Positions 42,201 through 50,829 are shown, counted from the stretch's first letter. The stretch: DNA of 64,000 nt from Candidatus Thorarchaeota archaeon (GCA_016933575.1 JAFGAR010000028.1:192001-256000), one strand, 5' to 3'. Program-made: numbers and translations. Notes: a model not told the origin generated them from the letters alone.

Positions 42201-45200
42201 TCGCAGGATAGAGAGATATCAATAGATTCTATGTACTGCCCATTAAGATTCTGTGTTCCACCTCTGGAAATGCTTGTTGATGGTCGAGTCTTATCGATTG
42301 AGAATATCAGATGTTTTTCCAACGACGGATTACCAAGATTGTCCACTCCATAATATCGGATATCATAGGAATACTCATACTCCAAAGTGAACATCTCAAG
42401 GTAAGTGCAATATGTTACTCCATCTAAACTATACATGATGTAATCGAGACCTGTAGGCAAATCAAACCCCCATATGACCACATCTACTGAACTGAGGTAG
42501 TAGTTATTCTGACCGACTACACCAAGAGCTGAAGCATAGACATTAGGCAATGTGTCATCAATCCTGAATGCACCAATATGGTACGCACTGAATGCCCAAT
42601 TTCCTGCAACATCACTAGTCCTAATATGAAGATACCAGATTCCTGATTCGAGAGTTGTAGTGAGACTTGTTGAGGTCGTATCGAGAATTGTATCTGGAAG
42701 AGTATCAATTTCGTGGCTCCACTCGTACGAATATCCATACACTCCACTGAACGCATCCGATGCACCAAACCATTCAATGAACACTTCATCAATGGATGAC
42801 CATGTATTGACAATGTGGGTAGAAGTGAAACTAATCGGATTCTGTGGGAACGGTGAAGGTTGATCAATAAGAATCTCGATTGGTGGATTAGTTTCGACAT
42901 TGCCATTTCGGTCTGTAGATCTATAGTAGAACCAATTCTGACCATTATTGTGGATTGTTACTGGTATGGAATACTCAATCCAGGTCACACCGTCAAAGCT
43001 GAATTCTGTAGAATAAATACCAGAGAACTCATCATTAACTTCCAAGGAAATAGTAACGGGAGAGGTGTACCAAGGTGCATTTACGACATCACCAGATGGA
43101 AAAGCCTCTGTAATCGGAGCAGTCGTATCAATCTTAATGGTAATTATCTGGTAGGGTTCAATATTTCCAGCATTGTCGATTGATCGATAGTACAATATGT
43201 TAATTCCATTAGCAGAAACCACAATGGGATTCGAGTAGGTAATCCAGTCTATTCCATCATAGCTGTATTCAATTCTAGCGACACCAGACACATCATCGAT
43301 CGCATTAAGACTGAATTCGACATAGGTGCTATACCAGTCATCAAAACCAATTGTACCATCAAGAGTTACAGTGGTCTGAGGATATGGTTGATCCACATGT
43401 TTAAACATTGACCAGTAGTATGCCTCAATTCCAGGAACATCACCAATTTTTGTCAGGGTTCCATCATACGATGCTTTCATTAGATTCATATTTTTATCTA
43501 CGAAAATGAGGTCCCTCTTTCCATCACCATCATAGTCAATGAACTGATTCAGATTATCATAGCAGTCCTCCGAATAATACAATCGTCGTGATACATCATA
43601 GGTCCAAAGATTGGTCCCGGTTGCTAGATCCCAAAGATGGATGCGTGCATTCGTCTCAGTCCAATCATATAGTGCAACCTCGTAGAATCCATCACCATTT
43701 AGGTCGAAAATATCAATTGTGAATGAACCCCGACCCCAGAGTGGAAGTGGTGGGAGGACATCAGCGCCCGTTGTCATGTTAATATAATAAGCGTAGAGAG
43801 TTACTTCGGAATATGAAGTGGTACAAACTATTCCTGTACCGAGTGATATGAGACCAAGGTACGTCTTTATGTTTCTATCAGCATTTCCTCCAGGGAAACT
43901 TCTTTGCCACAAAAATGTACCATCGTGATCATAAGCAACGACTGGAGGTCCCCATCCCGCCACAAAGAATTCCGGTTGTGGATCTGCATCTATATTCACT
44001 ACTTCAAAATCTGTCATTCCTCCACTATAAGAGTCTTGGAAGTAAAGTAATTGTGTCATAGCGAAGTTTCGTAAATCAACAACTTGTACTCGTGGTTGTC
44101 CTTGAGGATAGATTGCTGCACCAGCCATCAAGTATGCATCACGTACTCCATCGCCATTATAGTCTGCAAGGAAACCTCTATCGACTCGCCATCCAGGATT
44201 GTACTGAGCAAGAAGATTTCCATCACTATCATGAATGAATAATGTAGGTGCAACTTGTCTTGGTAGATGTTGAGTTACAATCTCCTTTATTCCATCATTA
44301 TTGAGATCCTCAAAATACATCCCAAAAATGAAGGCACAGCTCACCTCAGCAGGAACCTGCCATGACCAGAGAAGACTTCCATCTTCATAGTCGAATCTCA
44401 TAAGTCTGATGTAGGTTTCATATCCAGACACATACAATTCCAAATGGCCATCATTGTTTGTATCATTTAAAGCGAAAGTATGGAAGATGTATGCGGGCAT
44501 GTAGGTGTCCCAAATCAAATCGAAAGCACCAGTTATGGGATTGTAGTCCTGTCTCATCACGTGACCATCACGTGTGGTGATGATTAGAGCATTATCTGAA
44601 TCTGTATACGGGAGATCAATCTTGAAATCATCTGATTTTGTAACCTCTGGATTACCTGCTACATCTGTAGCATTGAAGTAGATTGTGAATTCACCCTGCT
44701 CAGAGAATGTGAAGGGGCCAGTATACTCAATCCAGTTGACTTCATCAAAGCTGTATGCAATTGTTTCAACACCCAATCCTTCATCGGTGGATGTGAGGGT
44801 TATAGTGACTCCAGAAGTGAACCAATCATTATCTCCCGGGGTTCCATCAATATCGATAACAGTTACTGGTGGAGTATCGTCTTCAAGTACAGCAAACCAT
44901 GAAAGTGAATTGACTTCACCGTATGCAATATTATTTACTACATCAATCCAAAGTGTAACATCGATCCATTCACCATTCTCTAAGTGTTTGAGCTTCAGAT
45001 TGGATTCTCCGGCATCATTTTGTTTGCCTTCATATGGAAGTGCAATTGTGATTGTTCCTATGTATGTTGCAGTAGTTGTAATGTCGTAGTAGTAATTACC
45101 ACCAAGTTTGAAACCGGTATGTGGATGTGGTGGTGTTGTACTTGCGATGATAGTAGTTATGCCAGCTGTCAAAGTTTCATCAAATACTATAGAAACTCCA

Positions 45201-48200
45201 GTTTCGGAATCAACAACCTCCACATCAATTCCATACGGAGTATTTCCGAAAACCTCCACAGTAACATCCATGCTACTAGGATTGTTATAAGCATCATTAG
45301 CCCAAAGAGTAAATACATACAAACCTGGATTTAGTCCATCAATTGCGATACTGATGGTTTCAGATTCGATTTGACCTGAATAAATAGGATTCCCATCTTT
45401 GAGAATTTCATAGGTTCCAGGATAGGGTTCAATGATATTCCAATCGAGGAAATGACCTAGTGTTCCAGCATCATATGGATAGTAAATTTGTCCAGATATT
45501 TGAGGTCCAATGTCGTCATAGATTTCCAAAGAAATGATTTCACTAATTGCACTCCAATATTGTGGATCTCCATCCCATCTCGAACGAATATAGTAAGTTC
45601 CCGGATCATAAATCCATGATGCAATGAATTTACCATTTGAACCTGTATTGCCAGCTGAAATCTCCTGCCAATCCAGACCATCAACAGAGTACTCGATGAC
45701 AACATACTTCAAATCAAGAATGGGACTAATTGTAACATTAATTGTCGCACTTGTATCGTATCGAATTGAGGTAGAAGAAATCTCTGTTATCAATGTTGTC
45801 GGATATCTCTCACTTATAGTTAATTCAAGATGATTACTGATACTGCCATAATAATGAGCATCACCAAAATAGACACACATTATATAGTAATCTCCAGAAA
45901 GTGTGGGAGTCCAGTCAATTGTAAAAACTCCATTTGAGCTAATGGCTTCACCAAATTTCTGCCATGATTCATCATCGTAGCTCCAGTAGAATTCTGCTAT
46001 ATGATTATCAAGTGAAGGTGTTAACCAACCATTAATCAAGACAGTATCATCCAATATCAAGAAACTTGTTGATGAAACAATAGATAGTTGAGTTTGTATT
46101 TTATCGACTTCCAATTCGATTTCATCACTTGTACCTGATTTGTAATTGGAATCACTTTCTATTATTGCTCTTAGATAATAATTACCTGGCTCTGGACTCA
46201 GAAGATTGTACTGAATTGCACCTAAAACAGTATTGTCAGAGAAAAGCTCAATCCAAGTTACACCGTCATTACTTATTTGTAGTATAATTTCTCTTCCATC
46301 AACAGCTGGAATGATGGTAGATGAAATAAGAACACTTTGAGGATACACGATTGAGGAATCTGAGATTGCAATAGTTAGGGTGACACTAATTCTATTATCG
46401 ATGGTAAATACACCTGTGAATTCTGATCCAGCTCCTCCATTATTATCATTAAAAGCGATAAGAACAATGCAATTGGTGCTTAATAGAATATCATCAGTAT
46501 GTATTGGTAGACCCAAAGAATGCCCTGTTGGAGAGCAAAGAAAATCAAACGACTGAAAGGATTCAACCCAAGTTAAACCGCCGTCAATCGATATGAAAAT
46601 TTTAAAATGAACCCAATCGTAATCATCATCAAAGCAATCAAAGAATAAACCAAAAACATCCTCACATATTTGACCCTCAATAGGTCCTGTTATTGAGATG
46701 ATTGGTTGTCGATTAGGGAGATTGTCAATCTCAAAAGTACCAGATACAATTACACCTGTTCCGCCCCATTCGTCATCATAATGAAGCCTAAACTTCATGT
46801 TTTTAGAATCAGGAAGATCAGTCGAATCGAAAAGATACTCATGATAATAACCTTTAGCGTATTCGTATGTTGTGAAAAATGGATACCAAGTCTGTCCCAA
46901 ATTAGGGGAATACTCAGCAGTATACCAAATTCTATCATAATTTGAATCACTTACATCCCAAATGAAATACCACTCACCCGAAATTACAAGTCCCTCAGAA
47001 GGTGTAATGATAGAAACAGATGGTTCGGAATTTACTTGATTTGGATGATGTAGGTAGTTGTGGAATCCCCAAACAAATTCATCCCACGAGTAAGTAATCG
47101 AACAATCAAGTCCATCATATGGCTTATTGTAGGAAATTACGTGTTGAGGGAAATAGATTGCAATCCCGTGGGAATCTGGGTGTGCGGATTTATAGCAATG
47201 ATTGATGTACGAAGCTGAATACGAGTCTAGCACAACCTGAATAGCATATTGAATCTCACTATTAGTAATCCTCAATTGGAGTTTTTCTAGGAAATCCACT
47301 AAATCCACACCACTCCCAGGATATTGGTCAGCAGTTATTCGTGCATCATATATCATAGATTCATATGAAGCGATGTTATCTAACAGTAATTGAGCTAAGT
47401 TATCTAAAGCTGGAACTAAATATTGTACGATCTCAAATATTTTGAACGCTCCCATTGTGGCGGTTGCCTCAGGGGCGAAAATATAATACTCATCAACCAT
47501 AAGTGATGCGAAATCTTGTGAACTGATAGTCCCACTTGTTTCAAGAGCTGTTTGTAAACCGCTTAGTATCAAATGGTAAGGCCAACCGCCCACATAATTG
47601 ATAAAAGGTGGTAATATTGATAGTTCTGGTCGTCCTTGTTCATTGTCTTCAGATGCTACAAGAATCTCCGCAGAGTTTCGTAATTGATATGCAATCTCAA
47701 CCATACCCATTATACAAGCATCAAACCCAACTATATCCAATTCAATCGCTGTGTCTTCCAGAGCTTGTCCAAATTCACTCACACTCATACCTATATTGTC
47801 ATTTGTACCATCTTGGAGAAGAATATTATCTGCTCCACCTCCATGATCCATAACGATAAGTGCGTAATGTTGAGCTTGAAATGTTGAAGCTGACCATTCC
47901 ACGAAATTAGTGAGTGTGCGTGGATTAGCCATATCAAGCTCCGATTCTAACCATGGCACATACAACGGATCTCCTTGGAAACTTGATGATGTTTCATATT
48001 CAATGTAATAATATACCCAGAGAAGATATTCTAATCCAATAAATATGCCAGGCATATAGAACCGGAGAAATGTATCACCATCGGACGCACCATCTTTGAG
48101 ACAGATAACACTCATTTCACTATTGGAACCTATCTGTCCGATTTCCTCAAGATCATTATCAGCGAAGACATCTAGATTATTGTCACCATCAAGATAGATA

Positions 48201-50731
48201 ATTACAGTCCATTCAGCAGCCCATATATATGGAGAGTATCCAGAATCTTGGTTATCTTCACCAGTCCCTATTCCACAAGTTGTTAGTTTATTAGCTTCAC
48301 CAACTTGCTGATAATAATCAACAATGATATCAATCGAATGCATTCCAATATTAGAAAACACAAAAGTTTCAGATATATGAAATGAAGTTCCTAATAGTGG
48401 TACATCCCTCAAAAGATATCTGCTATATCCTTCATCAACAATAATTGCGATAGTGTAGACCTGATCAATCCAGTAATCACCACCGTTTCGGACATCAAAT
48501 TCCAAAGTAAATGGCTGTCCAGAAGCTAATTTTCCAAAGAGATTATTGTAAACATCATATACTTTGATGTTTTCAAGAATAAGATCAGGACTTTTGAACC
48601 AATTTTTATCCCACCACCAATTTTGGTCTTCATCTGATTCAATTACCTCATCAGCACAATCTACATGTATCTCAAGAATATGATATCCAGGTCCTACATC
48701 ATCACAGGGATAATAGAAGTGATGATACCCACCTGCGACGATTGTCACATCTTGGATAGTATAAAGAAGGTTTAGAGCAATCAGTTGATTTTGATCATCC
48801 CTATAATCACTCCATATCTCGATATCAAAGTTGGATGCTACAGAACCTCCAACATTGAAAACATCGAATGAAATCGAAAAGGACTCCCATCCAATTAGAT
48901 TTGATGAGACCACAATATTGTCAATTGTCAAATCTGGCAGAGCAAGAATTTTCAGCGCATTATCTATCCATATAGAATCAACCTGTTGCCATATCCCATC
49001 CACCTGATACCAAAGTCCCCAAACGACACCATAATTGCCTGGACTAAGACCATTAAGATCGAAATATCGTTCTTGCCATTCCGGATAGCTTGGAATCCAG
49101 AGCGTAACATCATTTTCAGGGTCATCAAATGTACCGCTAGCATTGAAAAGAGATGCACCTAAACCAACGCAAATTGAAGAACCAAATGGGTTATTTATGT
49201 AGTAATTGAATTTTATGATTCCGCCTTCTACTGCAGATGTTGCATCAAGACTAACATCAAGCAAAGAGGGGAGAGGTGGATTCACTTTTACCTTGACTAC
49301 ACCACTCTCTCTTATGTTACCCCCTACATCCCAAACTTTCGCTTTAAAGAAATATACACCCTCCGTAAGGTCGCCAATAGGATAAGAAAATGATGATCCA
49401 TCCCAAGTAGTATCAATATCCTTTACATACCAAGGCTCGGTACTACTCGAACTCTCAAAAATCACGTATGTGCTAGGATACATATCATAAGCAGTCCAAA
49501 CAATCGAATAGGAACCAGAACCCTCAACGAATTCAATATCAGGAGGTGTAATTAGGATGGGAGGTGTAGTATCTGGAGGAACATCAAGATATTTCCAATC
49601 CCAGTTATTATCTTCTTCAACTTCCCATGAACTACCAGGTATCCATGGAGATCCGGGGGTATGATCAGCATGAATATCAAGTGAAGGAGTTCCACTTGGA
49701 ATAGAATATGTTACGAAATTACTACTCCAAGTTAGACCAGCTCCAAGATAACTCCTAGTCAAATCCTTTATGCATGACCCATAATCGCCATTTCTCCAGT
49801 TCTTCCAAAAAGAAAGATGAAAATTAGTTGCAGCCAAATTACCCATATTCTGAACTGAAAAGGAAACTGTTGTAGGACCACCCCCTACTGTTGTATTTAC
49901 TAAGAAAGCAGTAACCTTAAGGTCTGGACCTCTGATTGTTATTGGTTCATCCTCATAATCAAGAGCTGTGTATCCCTCAAAAGGACCATCCCATATTGCA
50001 AAGCGAATCATCTTAGATCCACCTATATTGTAGTTCTCTGGGTCGCCAAATTGGTCATATTGAACTCTAAATAATCTTGAATCAGTCGCTGCATCATTTG
50101 CGTGAATTATTATTGATAGCTTGTCGTGATCTGGATCACTAAGCCAAACTCCAGGATTAATCACAACCGAAGCGCCTAGCCATACTCGTATATCAAAGTC
50201 TTCATGATTAATAATACGATACCATATTGTGAAAGTTTCTCCGACTGCAACATCATTATCACTGATATAAGATAATGAATAGTCTAATTCAGCATCATAT
50301 AGTCCTTCACCATATTCTCCAGCATGATATCCATCTGGACTAGTAAGGGAAAATTCTTCGAGCTCGAACTGCGGGAAATCTTGATTATAATGAGTTATCA
50401 AGGCTGGATTTTTGTAATCACCTGATTTTGTATCAGAGTCGCTTGTGATTTGGAAAGGAGATAATACTTCATCTAGAGAAGGATAGGTAACAAGCATAGA
50501 TTCAGGTTGTGTATATAAACTTCTATCAATTGAGTTGATGATTTTATCACTCAGATATACTTCATCGTTATTCAAAATCGTAGATGATACAGGTATTTTA
50601 GAATCTTCTAAACTTTCCCAATCAACAATCTTCGACACATCGATTGCCACCGAAAACATCGGAGCAACCATCAGTACAATCATCACTACAGAAATAATTC
50701 GCATTCCCACTGACCTATTCATGACACCCAT
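33227..50731 (-). CDS. Giant secreted multidomain protein (5834 aa): CARDB, clostripain (C11), Ig-like, ZU5/GPS-like x2, FG-GAP propellers x3, FN3-like, Ig arrays, OmpL47-type arrays, C-terminal post-COAP-1-like domain
   Basis: Signal peptide; PDL CARDB starts; WTVIIYLDGDNNL..DHGGG..FDACIMG; DxDxDG repeats; DTTPP repeats; VTGGGW..NFGF..GGGNIAIH. Confidence 0.9.
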   Translation of the reverse strand: MGVMNRSVGMRIISVVMIVLMVAPMFSVAIDVSKIVDWESLEDSKIPVSSTILNNDEVYLSDKIINSIDRSLYTQPESMLVTYPSLDEVLSPFQITSDSDTKSGDYKNPALITHYNQDFPQFELEEFSLTSPDGYHAGEYGEGLYDAELDYSLSYISDNDVAVGETFTIWYRIINHEDFDIRVWLGASVVINPGVWLSDPDHDKLSIIIHANDAATDSRLFRVQYDQFGDPENYNIGGSKMIRFAIWDGPFEGYTALDYEDEPITIRGPDLKVTAFLVNTTVGGGPTTVSFSVQNMGNLAATNFHLSFWKNWRNGDYGSCIKDLTRSYLGAGLTWSSNFVTYSIPSGTPSLDIHADHTPGSPWIPGSSWEVEEDNNWDWKYLDVPPDTTPPILITPPDIEFVEGSGSYSIVWTAYDMYPSTYVIFESSSSTEPWYVKDIDTTWDGSSFSYPIGDLTEGVYFFKAKVWDVGGNIRESGVVKVKVNPPLPSLLDVSLDATSAVEGGIIKFNYYINNPFGSSICVGLGASLFNASGTFDDPENDVTLWIPSYPEWQERYFDLNGLSPGNYGVVWGLWYQVDGIWQQVDSIWIDNALKILALPDLTIDNIVVSSNLIGWESFSISFDVFNVGGSVASNFDIEIWSDYRDDQNQLIALNLLYTIQDVTIVAGGYHHFYYPCDDVGPGYHILEIHVDCADEVIESDEDQNWWWDKNWFKSPDLILENIKVYDVYNNLFGKLASGQPFTLEFDVRNGGDYWIDQVYTIAIIVDEGYSRYLLRDVPLLGTSFHISETFVFSNIGMHSIDIIVDYYQQVGEANKLTTCGIGTGEDNQDSGYSPYIWAAEWTVIIYLDGDNNLDVFADNDLEEIGQIGSNSEMSVICLKDGASDGDTFLRFYMPGIFIGLEYLLWVYYYIEYETSSSFQGDPLYVPWLESELDMANPRTLTNFVEWSASTFQAQHYALIVMDHGGGADNILLQDGTNDNIGMSVSEFGQALEDTAIELDIVGFDACIMGMVEIAYQLRNSAEILVASEDNEQGRPELSILPPFINYVGGWPYHLILSGLQTALETSGTISSQDFASLMVDEYYIFAPEATATMGAFKIFEIVQYLVPALDNLAQLLLDNIASYESMIYDARITADQYPGSGVDLVDFLEKLQLRITNSEIQYAIQVVLDSYSASYINHCYKSAHPDSHGIAIYFPQHVISYNKPYDGLDCSITYSWDEFVWGFHNYLHHPNQVNSEPSVSIITPSEGLVISGEWYFIWDVSDSNYDRIWYTAEYSPNLGQTWYPFFTTYEYAKGYYHEYLFDSTDLPDSKNMKFRLHYDDEWGGTGVIVSGTFEIDNLPNRQPIISITGPIEGQICEDVFGLFFDCFDDDYDWVHFKIFISIDGGLTWVESFQSFDFLCSPTGHSLGLPIHTDDILLSTNCIVLIAFNDNNGGAGSEFTGVFTIDNRISVTLTIAISDSSIVYPQSVLISSTIIPAVDGREIILQISNDGVTWIELFSDNTVLGAIQYNLLSPEPGNYYLRAIIESDSNYKSGTSDEIELEVDKIQTQLSIVSSTSFLILDDTVLINGWLTPSLDNHIAEFYWSYDDESWQKFGEAISSNGVFTIDWTPTLSGDYYIMCVYFGDAHYYGSISNHLELTISERYPTTLITEISSTSIRYDTSATINVTISPILDLKYVVIEYSVDGLDWQEISAGNTGSNGKFIASWIYDPGTYYIRSRWDGDPQYWSAISEIISLEIYDDIGPQISGQIYYPYDAGTLGHFLDWNIIEPYPGTYEILKDGNPIYSGQIESETISIAIDGLNPGLYVFTLWANDAYNNPSSMDVTVEVFGNTPYGIDVEVVDSETGVSIVFDETLTAGITTIIASTTPPHPHTGFKLGGNYYYDITTTATYIGTITIALPYEGKQNDAGESNLKLKHLENGEWIDVTLWIDVVNNIAYGEVNSLSWFAVLEDDTPPVTVIDIDGTPGDNDWFTSGVTITLTSTDEGLGVETIAYSFDEVNWIEYTGPFTFSEQGEFTIYFNATDVAGNPEVTKSDDFKIDLPYTDSDNALIITTRDGHVMRQDYNPITGAFDLIWDTYMPAYIFHTFALNDTNNDGHLELYVSGYETYIRLMRFDYEDGSLLWSWQVPAEVSCAFIFGMYFEDLNNDGIKEIVTQHLPRQVAPTLFIHDSDGNLLAQYNPGWRVDRGFLADYNGDGVRDAYLMAGAAIYPQGQPRVQVVDLRNFAMTQLLYFQDSYSGGMTDFEVVNIDADPQPEFFVAGWGPPVVAYDHDGTFLWQRSFPGGNADRNIKTYLGLISLGTGIVCTTSYSEVTLYAYYINMTTGADVLPPLPLWGRGSFTIDIFDLNGDGFYEVALYDWTETNARIHLWDLATGTNLWTYDVSRRLYYSEDCYDNLNQFIDYDGDGKRDLIFVDKNMNLMKASYDGTLTKIGDVPGIEAYYWSMFKHVDQPYPQTTVTLDGTIGFDDWYSTYVEFSLNAIDDVSGVARIEYSYDGIDWITYSNPIVVSANGINILYYRSIDNAGNIEPYQIITIKIDTTAPITEAFPSGDVVNAPWYTSPVTISLEVNDEFSGIYSTEFSFDGVTWIEYSIPVTIHNNGQNWFYYRSTDRNGNVETNPPIEILIDQPSPFPQNPISFTSTHIVNTWSSIDEVFIEWFGASDAFSGVYGYSYEWSHEIDTLPDTILDTTSTSLTTTLESGIWYLHIRTSDVAGNWAFSAYHIGAFRIDDTLPNVYASALGVVGQNNYYLSSVDVVIWGFDLPTGLDYIMYSLDGVTYCTYLEMFTLEYEYSYDIRYYGVDNLGNPSLEKHLIFSIDKTRPSTSISRGGTQNLNGQYIESIDISLSCEDQESGPNYVEYRLNGGPWHRYDQTLTIAQSGFYLFECYSVDMAGNCEVVQSIEFEVINYESGPVSLSLTWDTGNIGIVHDIRVGDVDADGRNEIVLAIESSYGVGHVRVYDGLTHSLERIIYMADGYARSLALGDCDHDGTIEIVVGTVGTWQSGPIGRIRVFSGTTGALEWETVRHEAFHTVGVEDIDADGAMEIIGMVITERVNNIRTPGTVMIIDGQTKAIEWETSSFGFGIGDYSWIGNLDDDPALELVFGGRTANDLPYTNTIWIVDGATHTVQDSLVVGALHTMCFDAADYDIDGSLDLVVGFIDQAAGTGFLRAYDTSLNFNWEYFIGTGLYSYSITMANLDTDPTLEIAAGIADASGNWYGHFRIIDAVSQSLLYTRPNKNAGLVVCVEDINGDGFTELAIGYHAGFSSGCMEVYDTGVPAPTNPSLEFLWETGNIGIVHDIVSGDVDADGVPETIVAIEPGYGSTGYIQIYNGITHSLERTIYLSAGYARVVALGDPDEDGQIEILVGTCGWWQTGPIAGIAVYNGLTGALEWLSPINNGVYSLWVEDIDADGEQEIIGITDFERDGSNMINGLVLVYNGKTHSEEWRSSEYGLCLGGYHSLANIDSDPALELIFGSRDSLYAPFEGTLFIVDGASHEVQDSISLGPFLVTSIQTATIASNGSLRIIAGLREQDATINYVNMYDNNLDLLWSYTLGTNICPNIVKAANFDSDQNFEIAVGIGYANGAWTGEFQIIDWETNSIIFQRTSTNSVISFYYGDFDFNGIADFAVGYHAGFSAGSMVVYSTGVTIFNPTPLVVYVTRPVLNNPGTISTDGSVSLSWTLSVSSLGSISYYQVQYSASPIFSIIQGEFTTTDLQISLTALPYGECYLRVRAIDDTGSHSYWSNDEYIDVVREYLPPSIDNPEDIIFEEGITGENIVWAPVEANPQYYKIFLDGALFEVSSWSGGPVEVSLDGLVAGNYYFIIQVFDIYNNWIADAVVVIVEPATPPSIDNPIVDPYEAGTTGHTITWSPDDFCPISFIVYLDNVEYTSGDWFGGTITIAIDGLDPGVYEFRIQVYDQVGLSSSSTVIVTVVDLTPPVLPGISFNAEGGSIGNVGEIQPFDLYPGTYEIYYEGGLVASGEWDGITPIQFIFDASLVGVFTYEFYCYDAYDNVAYTEFTITVVDTVNPDVDGISSITYEEGSTGNVIVWTATDLFQSNYEITLNGVPVFADLWVGNTIEYSIDGHSPGTYYYTVTCYDTSGNSASHQVTAIVVDTTPPAVDGPTQIEYEAGSLGNQIFWTASEPHPLRYMISLDGEPIVLGLWSGNDIQRNIDGHNPGTYYYTLTCWDVFNNEGSHEVTVVVEDTTKPLITSPLDDIYVEAGSSGNTITWYCFDLYPDRYILWDGVETREGPWTGTSLTITIIDRGVGAYNHSITFFDANSNWASDSVWVYIVDTTPPSIDGPLEIVYEDGTTGHTIVWTATDLYPTTYEVTLNGGPVFSDDWTSGTIEYNIDGHTAGTYHYTLICYDESGNSASHQVTVIVEDTTPPSVSGPSEIIYEAGSTGNQIVWDVFDLHPFDYEISLNGVPVRLGLWGGTTISYNIDGNDPGTYYYILTCWDVFNNAGSHQVTVIVEDTTPPDIIGPDDLVYEAGVPGHSLTWSFSDLYPDSYIILRNGTQVDSGLWIGSDISISVDLLNPGTYNFTFVAFDAYGNQASDTAWLTVEGNTPAGSDIEVIDPETGISLTFDETSVPGTTEVEITETGPHPPDDFRLMGLYYNITTTAVFDGVIIVALPYDATLVHGLEKNLKLWHWAEPAGWQDCTTWVDEVNNIIYGEVTHLSIFGAMEDNAPPTTHHSLSGTEGLNGWFVSDVFVELTAVDTVSEIENIYYSVDGVTWFTYTSPELIQNEGLTTFYFYSIDIAENIETINQIDIYIDKSCPFTYYLTGGPIFEFYITSWSEFYLTFSDDISGVSLSFYRIDGGSWIEYDDPFYIFGSDGYHTLGFYSIDTAGNCELETTVWFFLDNTAPVTTKSIGSPTVGEFVTTETVFALTSVDAGIGYFWTFYRINGGSWIEYSDPFSLLGPDGEYTIEFYSVDFVANEEIFQSQVHRLDNTPPETVLSFGEPISGDYITSVTPISLAANDGLGVGVDSIFYCINGGGWETYSGSFTVLGPDDTYLIEYYSIDYLGNTEDVLSIVINLDNSAPISSLVIGTPYSDPYLTSFTEISINVADGGSGVAALFYSIDSGLYVPYIGPFTLPSVDGLHSISYYGIDNLGNMETSVTEQFVVDDTSPVTSIIEGSPIFNSYITSATSLSLSAIDEGVGVDSIFYRIDEGAWVLYSSSFYLVGPDGQYIIEYYSVDYLGAQEDIISETYILDNTAPSSIHTFIGNMGDNDWFVSIVAVELSSSDAGSGVSAIFYSLDAGPATEYVGSFDVTVEGFHNLEYWVVDNLGNVEAPQKSADFKIDTVAPESIASLTPAIPNGLANWYISPIGVVLSFSDDTSGVCETYYRVNGAAWIKYESGLSFIEDGVYLLEFWSSDFAGNQESTQSVSFTLDQTSPITSHSICEPKFSIDPTYIKTVTPITLEAVDNLAGVARTEYRINMGVWIEYLIPFYITEFGYHTINYRSIDVAGNLEDYHSFDVIVNAVELTYIGEVVGDYSDPTQLQAQLVDIATQELISGKVIYFILGAQSTSAVTDEFGIATASMIINQPAGVYTVVSTFNADSEFSFCDDSASYTIEKETAIPEYTGSTVVPTTSDEITIRVTVFDEDDGFYGDITRIQVTFRIYNVPIDLNAPVLVFGPVYLEESSVDGVGVITLEIDNLSENGYIIIVSIESGDNPYYNGPDSDPVILTIFEPTGDFVTGGGWIIGPSGSKSNFGFNVKYTKKGLPKGQSIYTFREGDWLSIIKSNAWIGMAIEEDHAFFEGRCTIQKYNSETGELLWDVGNYQFRVDVWDVDESGGIDVYQIRVLDKNGLVFHEIGFAPIGYLGGGNIAIHLEKEE
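34290..36695 (-). repeat. Nine tandem OmpL47-type beta-sandwich repeats inside the giant protein
   Basis: DxxxPxT...SGV..IFY.IDGG.W..Y..PF...YYSVD..GN.E units of about 90 aa. Confidence 0.8.
37060..39490 (-). repeat. Nine tandem ~90-aa Ig-like repeats inside the giant protein
   Basis: PPxIxGP..I.YEAG..G..I.W...D..P..Y.I...G....W....IDG..PGTY.Y.L...D...N units. Confidence 0.85.
39810..42010 (-). repeat. Two tandem duplicated FG-GAP/VCBS beta-propellers
   Basis: WDTGNIGIVHDIRVGDVDADG vs WETGNIGIVHDIVSGDVDADG; both end GYHAGFS.G.M.VY.TGV. Confidence 0.8.
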
Positions 50732-50807
50732 CCTCTCATTCTCGAATTAGTAAACGAGATTCAATAGCGTCATAAGCGATTCAGAGGTAGAATAAGAACC
50801 GTCTGTT

Positions 50808-50829
50808 TTTCCGAGATATCTATCGGAAA
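50808..50829. promoter_or_regulatory. Palindromic operator candidate TTTCCGA-N8-TCGGAAA upstream of the giant gene
   Basis: Perfect 7-bp arms; lies just upstream of minus-strand CTTATT/CTTATG TATA-like boxes. Confidence 0.5.

Noticed and set aside
33227-50731. CRISPR array or diversity-generating retroelement in the repeats
   Set aside because: Repeats are degenerate in-frame protein domains; no identical direct repeats with spacers, no reverse transcriptase, no adenine-specific TR/VR pair seen
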